A stretch of 64,000 bases of DNA from Candidatus Thorarchaeota archaeon (GTDB taxonomy: Archaea; Asgardarchaeota; Thorarchaeia; Thorarchaeales; Thorarchaeaceae), in NCBI GenBank assembly GCA_020348985.1, contig CP070761.1:1075713-1139712 (forward strand), in the 5' to 3' direction. A program made the position numbers and the translations under genes. The notes under the pieces are model-generated. The model worked only from the letters and a program-made list of their open reading frames with translations. It had not been told where the DNA came from and searched no databases. Position 1 is the first letter of the stretch. The number at the start of each line of letters is the position of its first letter. Shown one piece after another: positions 57,893 through 64,000 of the stretch.

Positions 57893-58885
57893 TTGTCAAG
57901 TTCATCGGGCGCGGCTCAGATAAGAGCACTAGCCGACGAAATCCTTCAAGAGGAGTCATTCCGGTTAGAAGGCCCAATTTGCCATGAATCAGTCTCATTG
58001 ATTCCAATTGTCACAACAGAGGAAGTAGGGAGCCAACCCAACTTCATGAACGCTGCCGAGGCGCTTTCCACGGGCGTACTGCAGATAATTGAAGGTGGAG
58101 ACAGTGTAGAGCTCATTATAGCTCAAAACATGGGACAGATCCCTATCTTGATTGAAGAAGGAGAAGTTCTGAAAGCCGACGGCTCGCAGGACAGAATTGT
58201 CGTCACTAACATCGTCATTCAGCCAGGCGACCGTATCAGAATCCCGGTCAAGTGTGTACATGCACCACATGCATTGCACGCCGGATCCAGATTCAGGTCA
58301 ATTGGCGCTGGGTCGTACAATATGAGAGCTGGTCTCAAGCGTGCCAAGTATCAATCCATCATGACCGATGTTGAACACTATACGCCTGAACACGCCGTTG
58401 ACCAAAGCGAAGTTTGGGAGAGCGCACGCCTAGAAGGTGTCGCAGCAGGGACAGCCGACCCAACAAAATACACTAAGGCTCTTGAGAAGCAGCGGAAGTC
58501 AGCTGAGAAGACCGCCAAGAAGTTCAGAAAAGAAATGCCAGAGAGGACATGTGGATTCATAGCGGTTGACAGCAAAGGCATTGTCCGCTCAATAGAGATC
58601 TACCGTTCTGCTCGTGCGTTCCAAGGACGGTCAGGTTTCATCGAGTCGCTCTTGATGGCATTCTCGAAGAAAGGGGAGAAGACCCAAGAGAACGAGGTGG
58701 CACTTTCGACGGCTCTGCAGGTCTTGATGAAACTAAGGCGCATCTCAGATGAAACCGTGATTGTTCAGGAAGGTTCTGATAATCTACACATCCGAGTCGA
58801 CGAATTGACTGGCGAAGCCATAACCAGCAAGCAGCCTGACGGTACACACAGAGTCATTTATGCTTCACTGGGCACCACTGACTAG
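57893..58885 (+). CDS. ARPP-1 / DUF6569-like protein
   Basis: EAL..G.L.I.E, N....PILI.EGE.L, QDR, IPV.CV, Q..VW. Confidence 0.72.
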   Translation: MSSSSGAAQIRALADEILQEESFRLEGPICHESVSLIPIVTTEEVGSQPNFMNAAEALSTGVLQIIEGGDSVELIIAQNMGQIPILIEEGEVLKADGSQDRIVVTNIVIQPGDRIRIPVKCVHAPHALHAGSRFRSIGAGSYNMRAGLKRAKYQSIMTDVEHYTPEHAVDQSEVWESARLEGVAAGTADPTKYTKALEKQRKSAEKTAKKFRKEMPERTCGFIAVDSKGIVRSIEIYRSARAFQGRSGFIESLLMAFSKKGEKTQENEVALSTALQVLMKLRRISDETVIVQEGSDNLHIRVDELTGEAITSKQPDGTHRVIYASLGTTD

Positions 58886-58899
58886 GAAACCGGTCAGGG

Positions 58900-58965
58900 C
58901 GCGAAAGCGGGACAACGACGTCGAGGGGGTGTGGGACCCCATCGAACCCCCACCCCCTTGGCGTC
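58900..58965 (+). other. GC-rich stem-loops between convergent genes
   Basis: CGC-GAAA-GCG tetraloop hairpin; 15-bp stem 58917-58931 with 58951-58965 including two G-U pairs. Confidence 0.6.
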
Positions 58966-58982
58966 AACATGTCTTGCATGCT

Positions 58983-59423
58983 TCAGTTTTCTTCATTCTG
59001 AGAATTATCGTTGGCTTCCGACATATGCTGCTGACATATTCTCCAGTTCCCACCGCGTTTTTCTAGAACCCCGGTCCATCGAATATCTCTCGTGCCCCAT
59101 GGTTTGCCATCGAATTCTCCTTCGTCATCTACGACAGCTGAAAACCAGGCCACGTCTCCACTCTTTGAGATTACAATTCTCAGATCTCTAATATCAAATC
59201 CTTTAGCTATGTTTCGTGGATCCATCCATCCGTCCAAGAATTTCTCAAACTGGCCCCACCCTATGACAGTACTCTTAGAGTCTGGATAATATGTAAAGAA
59301 GTCGTCATCTTGAGCAAAAATGCCCTCAAATAGTGCTCGATCTTTGGTTAGAGCCCATCCGAAAGCATCATGAAGAATTCTGCTGATTTCGTTTACAACT
59401 TTGGTTCTATTTGAAGTGAGCAA
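58983..59423 (-). CDS. SnoaL/NTF2-like fold protein
   Basis: GDVAWF, RWTGVLEKR.G.W.I.Q.H.S. Confidence 0.85.
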   Translation of the reverse strand: MLTSNRTKVVNEISRILHDAFGWALTKDRALFEGIFAQDDDFFTYYPDSKSTVIGWGQFEKFLDGWMDPRNIAKGFDIRDLRIVISKSGDVAWFSAVVDDEGEFDGKPWGTRDIRWTGVLEKRGGNWRICQQHMSEANDNSQNEEN

Positions 59424-59618
59424 ATCAAGTCAATGAGAAGTCGATTTTCTTCTGAGTCTTAAGTCTACTCAGCAAAGCAACTCAAGTGCGTGTTAGCGGT
59501 GGAGAGAGAATAGAGACAGTAAGAACTATCTGAGCTTCTGTCATAGTTCTGCACCCCGAGCTTTGACTACTCCGGTAATCGAGTGAATGGTCTTCGTGTG
59601 GATTGCTAGGTGAAACTG

Positions 59619-60278
59619 ATGGCGTTTTCAAGAATCTTTGGATCTGGCGACAAGAAACTACAGAAGAGAGCTGATGAATTGTTACTAAAGCTGAGCAAGG
59701 ACTTCCAAGCTGCAAGTGCCAAGCTTCATGCCGCCGCCAAGGCTTGGAGCAAGGGTGATGTTAAGGTACTTGAGGAGATTGTTGGGGAGATTATAGAGAT
59801 TGAGAGAGAAGCGGATTGCCTCAAGGACGAACTTGTAAACAGCATATTCTCTAAACATGCTTACCTTCCTCAACAGACACAAGATAGGCACGAGCTTGTT
59901 ATGCACATGGACGCAGTAATTGATGCCGCTGAAGAGGCCATTAGGTTGATGGCAATTGGGAAGAAGCGTAAGCCGCCCAAGTTGCTGGTCGAGATTGCTG
60001 AGAAATGCTGGTACTGCACGGACATGCTCCAGGACGCAATCAAGCTAATCTTCATTGACTTCGATGCAGCAGTTGAGTTGTCACATAAGATTGAAAAAGT
60101 CAGAGAGGAAGCACGGTCTCTGAAGTTCAAACTGCACGACCGGCTCTTCAATGATCCGAAGTGTGACCCAATTGATTCGAGTTATTACCACCATCTATCG
60201 CGAAGAATCATTGATGTGGCGATCCAGGCTGAAATAACAAGTGATTTCATCCGAGCGTTGGCTGTGAAGTACTCGTAG
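59619..60278 (+). CDS. DUF47 / PhoU-like phosphate transport regulator
   Basis: EREAD, DR.EL...D.V.D, E...E.A; upstream of a PiT transporter. Confidence 0.85.
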   Translation: MAFSRIFGSGDKKLQKRADELLLKLSKDFQAASAKLHAAAKAWSKGDVKVLEEIVGEIIEIEREADCLKDELVNSIFSKHAYLPQQTQDRHELVMHMDAVIDAAEEAIRLMAIGKKRKPPKLLVEIAEKCWYCTDMLQDAIKLIFIDFDAAVELSHKIEKVREEARSLKFKLHDRLFNDPKCDPIDSSYYHHLSRRIIDVAIQAEITSDFIRALAVKYS

Positions 60279-60296
60279 AACAGGGGGCAGTATGCA

Positions 60297-61322
60297 TTGG
60301 ACCTTGTTCTCATAGCATTGCTAGGCATCGGTTTCATTGTGGGTGCGGCAGTAGGTTCTAATGACGAAACTTGGAGTCCTGCTGTTGGTGCTCACATTCT
60401 CACTGTCACTGCGGCGGTGGCTATTGGTGCAATCATCAATTTTGTAGGAGCTGTCTCTCTGGGCGGGGGCGTATCTAACAAAGTAGGTGGTGAGCTAGTC
60501 AACTACACTCCAATGACCAATGAAATGGTATTCGCCATACTCATCTCAATGGCAATATGGCTTCTTGTTGCCTCGGCGACGAAAGGACTTCCGATAAGCA
60601 CAACTCAATGTATCGTAGGCGCCGTCATGGGAATTGCAGCATATGCAGCCTTCTTAGGAATGACAGGTTGGGGTGCTGATACGATAAACTGGGGCATTGT
60701 GATTGAGATCTTTGCTGGCTGGATAGTCTCTCCGATAATCGGATTCTTCATTGCAGGTGTAGTGTACTTGGGGGTCAGGCGTTTTCAGAGAAGAGCCCAA
60801 GGATTTACGGGCAGGGAGAGGCAAGAACAGATAGCAGGGTGGGGTCTGGTAATATTCCTCCTCATTACATCATTGAGCAGGGGAGGCAACGATGTCGCCA
60901 ATGCAGTAGCTCCCCTAGTGGTCATGCCAATGTTTCAAGCCCCCGTTGTCATTAATGGACTAGTCCTTCCCGGATACATTGTCCCATTGATCGCTGGTGG
61001 TCTAGGAATGGCAATGGGTCTGATTGTAGTGGGAAGAAAAGTGATCAAAACCCTGGCCACCGAAGTTGTGACTCTTTCACCTTCTTCAGCACTTTCCGCT
61101 AGCGTGTCTGTATCACTAGTCATGTTTGTTGGCACCTATTTTGGTTTCCCCCTGAGCGGAACCCATGTTCTAGTCGCTGCTCTCATTGCAGTAGGATTTG
61201 TAGCAAAGACAGATGTCAGTTCAAAACAGGTGAAGAACATCATCATCTCGTGGATTATCACAGTTCCAATCTCTGCAGTCTTGGCAATAGCCATATTCGC
61301 AGGGATGCTGTTCATAATCTAA
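60297..61322 (+). CDS. PiT family inorganic phosphate transporter
   Basis: GSND and GGNDVAN signatures, GLPISTTQ, PLSGTH, WIITVP. Confidence 0.92.
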   Translation: MDLVLIALLGIGFIVGAAVGSNDETWSPAVGAHILTVTAAVAIGAIINFVGAVSLGGGVSNKVGGELVNYTPMTNEMVFAILISMAIWLLVASATKGLPISTTQCIVGAVMGIAAYAAFLGMTGWGADTINWGIVIEIFAGWIVSPIIGFFIAGVVYLGVRRFQRRAQGFTGRERQEQIAGWGLVIFLLITSLSRGGNDVANAVAPLVVMPMFQAPVVINGLVLPGYIVPLIAGGLGMAMGLIVVGRKVIKTLATEVVTLSPSSALSASVSVSLVMFVGTYFGFPLSGTHVLVAALIAVGFVAKTDVSSKQVKNIIISWIITVPISAVLAIAIFAGMLFII

Positions 61323-61325
61323 GGC

Positions 61326-62078
61326 CTAGTCGACGCTTATCTTGGCAGCTTCGTGCATTCTGTGAATCAGAATGTAGTCTTTCGCCAAAGACCCAAGTTC
61401 TTTTGCCTCTTCCTCTGTAAGGTGAACTCTATGACCTGCCAAAGGAGCCACATTCCGAGTCGCTTCTATTATTGCCAAATCCGCAGCTAGTACCAGATTC
61501 TGTGCTCCTTCTGATATTCTTGTGTCGCCAGTGAACGCAATCACGGTTTCGCCAACTTGAATCTTGTATCCAACTGCAGGCATGAGTAAGTCCTTGGCGG
61601 GGTCAGGATTCTCAAGACCAAAGTGCTCCACGTCATGCACATTGATTTTGAAGAAGTCGGAGTCAAATCCAACCCCATCTCTCACTTCTTGTACTCGGAT
61701 TCCAAACTTCGTTGTTGGTCGGTAGACCTCTCTGAAGCTCTTGACCATCTTCAAGACTTCATCACAGCCTGCCGGGACCAGGATGTCGAGTGATGATGTC
61801 CTACCAAGCATCCGCATGAAACCCAGCAAGCTGTGAAGGCCCCCCATGTGATCGAAATGACCGTGAGTTATGCAGACCATGTCGATTTCTTCGACAAAGT
61901 CTGTACCTAGAAGAGCTAGGAGATCTCTCAGAACACCGTCCCCAACGTCTGCTAGAAGGTATTTGCCAGTGAACTTGGACGAGACAACAACAGTAGTGCT
62001 CACTCCTGCTACGCTATAGGGCACGTCCACTCTTACCTCATCGTTCTCCCAACTAGCGGAATAGTTCTCATCAGTCAT
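61326..62078 (-). CDS. MBL-fold metallohydrolase (RNase Z/BN-like)
   Basis: D.GDG, THGHFDHMGG, VEH, FTGDT, EAT, HL, LIH. Confidence 0.85.
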   Translation of the reverse strand: MTDENYSASWENDEVRVDVPYSVAGVSTTVVVSSKFTGKYLLADVGDGVLRDLLALLGTDFVEEIDMVCITHGHFDHMGGLHSLLGFMRMLGRTSSLDILVPAGCDEVLKMVKSFREVYRPTTKFGIRVQEVRDGVGFDSDFFKINVHDVEHFGLENPDPAKDLLMPAVGYKIQVGETVIAFTGDTRISEGAQNLVLAADLAIIEATRNVAPLAGHRVHLTEEEAKELGSLAKDYILIHRMHEAAKISVD

Positions 62079-62152
62079 ATTCGTCACCAAGTGGGTTTTA
62101 GATACCAGTTCAACAAAAGCCTGCCGAGTGTGTATGCCTCAACAATCGTCCT

Positions 62153-62584
62153 TTAGGTGAGGCCTCTAAGCAATACTGCATCATCAGCGTGCTCAGATGC
62201 CAGATCCTCGAACTCGTATGATGCCTCTGGAAGAAAAGAGATCTTTGAGGCTGCTGCGGTAAAGAATTCCTTTAGGGTATCCTGAACAGCGGCAGCAATT
62301 CCAATCAATGCAGAATCGTCTGCTTCAGGGGAGGCACCAGTCTTCAAAGGGAAGTCGTCACTATCCAATCCGGTAATGGGCTCAAGTATCATCTCAGTGA
62401 CGTTTTCCCTGCGGACTCTCATCAAGTTCCGAATCCGTCTTTGTCCCTTCAGCATGATATCTTCGAAAACTGCCCTCGCATCCTGTCTAACAACTCTGTC
62501 AACTATTTCTTCGAAGAAAGCGCTCGACCTCTGTTCAATGTCAAGCGCATAACTGAGCACTGCTCCGAAAGTTCCAAGCTCCAT
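62153..62584 (-). CDS. Ferritin/rubrerythrin-like protein
   Basis: TFGAVL.YA..IE, RRENVTEMILEPITGL, LASEH. Confidence 0.75.
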   Translation of the reverse strand: MELGTFGAVLSYALDIEQRSSAFFEEIVDRVVRQDARAVFEDIMLKGQRRIRNLMRVRRENVTEMILEPITGLDSDDFPLKTGASPEADDSALIGIAAAVQDTLKEFFTAAASKISFLPEASYEFEDLASEHADDAVLLRGLT

Positions 62585-62777
62585 TTAGTCACCAGGCTTC
62601 CTTGCTCGGCCTGTTTCATCATTGCATATATCCCTGATGATTGCTCTATTGAACGAAAGCCCCTGGTAACTAGCTAAAATCCAGAATTGTAACCTTCTTC
62701 AATTCCCAATCCTAGAGCATCGAGTTGGTGGCCCATATCATACTGCTTATTTTCTATTCAATATGCTCTGAATAATC

Positions 62778-63635
62778 ATGAGTCCCATTGAGTTGTCAAG
62801 GGATACGATAGTGCGGATTTCAGTCTTCATTGTAATCTACACACTATTTGGGCTGCTTATTCCAATTCAGGGATATGTTTCCATAAGTTTTGCAATTGGG
62901 ACATTGATTACAGCTGTCCTCTATGGCTTTGCTTTGTACTACATGAACACAAACATCCCATTGGGAAGAAAAGCCCGGATATTGATAACATGGATTGCTG
63001 TCTATGTAATTCAGATGCTAAATCCAGTTCTAGAGGGCATCTTTTTCACAACTCAATTTGAGGGGCAACCAGAGTTAGCATTTGGAGCGGTTGTATTTGG
63101 ACTCGTTCTTACTCTACCCACAGCTCTAGTATCAGGAGTTCTGTTCAGTCCAACGGGAGAGGTCACAAGCTTTGATCAACTTAGAAAGAAATACTTCATC
63201 GAATGGACTTCCTCACAGTTTGCAGTACGGTTCATTATCGCATCTATGCTGTGGCTAGTCATATACTACACAATTGGAACTATCATTGCACCATTGGTAC
63301 TTCCCTATTATACTGATGGAGGTGTAGGCTACGACTTGACACTGCCTGCGGCTGAGATTGTAATACTTCTTCAGACCGTTCGAGGATTCATCTATGTCCT
63401 CAGTGTTTTCCCGATTGTCATCTCGGTGAAGCTAGATAAGAAACCGCTTGCAATCATATTGGTTGCACTTCTCTACATCGCAGGCGCGCTGGCCGTCTTT
63501 GTCATATCTGAGCAATTTCCAGTCTACCTACGATTTGTTCATGGAATTGAATTGTTTGTTGATTCATTGATTGCGGGTACAGTGATCTCCTTTATTCTAG
63601 GGAAATCTGACAAATCAATCCAAATCATCGATTGA
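62778..63635 (+). CDS. Hypothetical multi-pass membrane protein
   Basis: About 8 TM segments, Q..RG, H.IE...D. Confidence 0.75.
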   Translation: MSPIELSRDTIVRISVFIVIYTLFGLLIPIQGYVSISFAIGTLITAVLYGFALYYMNTNIPLGRKARILITWIAVYVIQMLNPVLEGIFFTTQFEGQPELAFGAVVFGLVLTLPTALVSGVLFSPTGEVTSFDQLRKKYFIEWTSSQFAVRFIIASMLWLVIYYTIGTIIAPLVLPYYTDGGVGYDLTLPAAEIVILLQTVRGFIYVLSVFPIVISVKLDKKPLAIILVALLYIAGALAVFVISEQFPVYLRFVHGIELFVDSLIAGTVISFILGKSDKSIQIID

Positions 63636-63786
63636 GAGCAGTTTTCGGACCCTGAGCTATCAGTGATCTTCATCAGTTTCAGAGCCTTCTCTTCTATGTT
63701 GTTTATTGAAATGAGTATCAAGCGCAGCCATCCCAAGGGCCCAACTAGAATAGTAGGGTGGGTGGGCGGAGACTCCCACAACTTCG

Positions 63787-63999
63787 TCAGAACCACCTAC
63801 TAATCACAACTTTCGACTCGCAGAAGAAATCGACTGCATCCTGTCCCTGACCATGAAGGTCTCCGAAAAATGAGTCCTTCATTCCTGAGAATGGAAACGT
63901 GGCTATCGGTGCTGCAACTCCAATATTGATACCGATGTTTCCGGCCTTCACGCGGTACTGGTACTCTCTTGCAGTCTTCCCACTTGAAGTGAAAACTGA
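63787..63999 (-). CDS. mmsA: CoA-acylating methylmalonate-semialdehyde dehydrogenase, 3' end only (extends beyond right edge)
   Basis: Not in ORF track. Manual translation: [70 protein letters not shown]. Confidence 0.9.
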   Translation of the reverse strand, partial: SVFTSSGKTAREYQYRVKAGNIGINIGVAAPIATFPFSGMKDSFFGDLHGQGQDAVDFFCESKVVISRWF

Positions 64000-64000
64000 G

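Noticed and set aside
59522-59550. AGAACTAT-N13-ATAGTTCT inverted repeat upstream of the DUF47-PiT pair
   Set aside because: Single 8-bp repeat with no clear link to a TATA box; could be chance, so not called as a feature
113-63796. The many short antisense or alternate-frame ORFs in the track (for example 2947-3525, 7315-7869, 13349-13945, 20904-21497, 55391-55966, 63539-63796)
   Set aside because: Shadow ORFs of well-supported genes with no motifs of their own
1-64000. tRNA, rRNA, CRISPR arrays, transposases, integrases
   Set aside because: None recognised by eye; a tRNAscan-SE and Infernal run would be needed to exclude divergent RNAs

Overview
A gene-dense, about 48% GC (estimated by eye) archaeal chromosome segment. 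Archaeal TATA-type promoters, hdrBC, a four-subunit 2-oxoacid:ferredoxin oxidoreductase, Lrp/wHTH regulators and many Thr-linker C-terminally anchored surface proteins suggest an Asgard archaeon such as Thorarchaeia; this is an inference and no marker gene is present to confirm it. Content is mostly anaerobic heterotrophic metabolism: two divergent hdrCB pairs around a radical SAM gene, korDABC, a 2-hydroxyacyl-CoA dehydratase/activator triad, two acyl-CoA ligases, ahcY, msrA, alaS, transporters and the 3' end of mmsA. I recognised no rRNA, tRNA, CRISPR array or transposase. The strongest candidate for an undescribed system is an 8.4 kb cluster (25199-33557) of a GPH sugar transporter, a GH94-like glycoside enzyme, a corrinoid protein and three UroD/MtaA-family methyltransferases with three different metal-ligand sets, which I interpret as B12-dependent demethylation of O-methyl sugars. 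Other notable items are a roughly 400 nt highly structured non-coding element (41950-42360), a probable ATA start codon for korB, a small basic Cys4 protein with a structured leader, a zinc-finger/Regnase-like NYN fusion and several operator palindromes overlapping TATA boxes. All product calls come from motif recognition by eye; no database searches were run.
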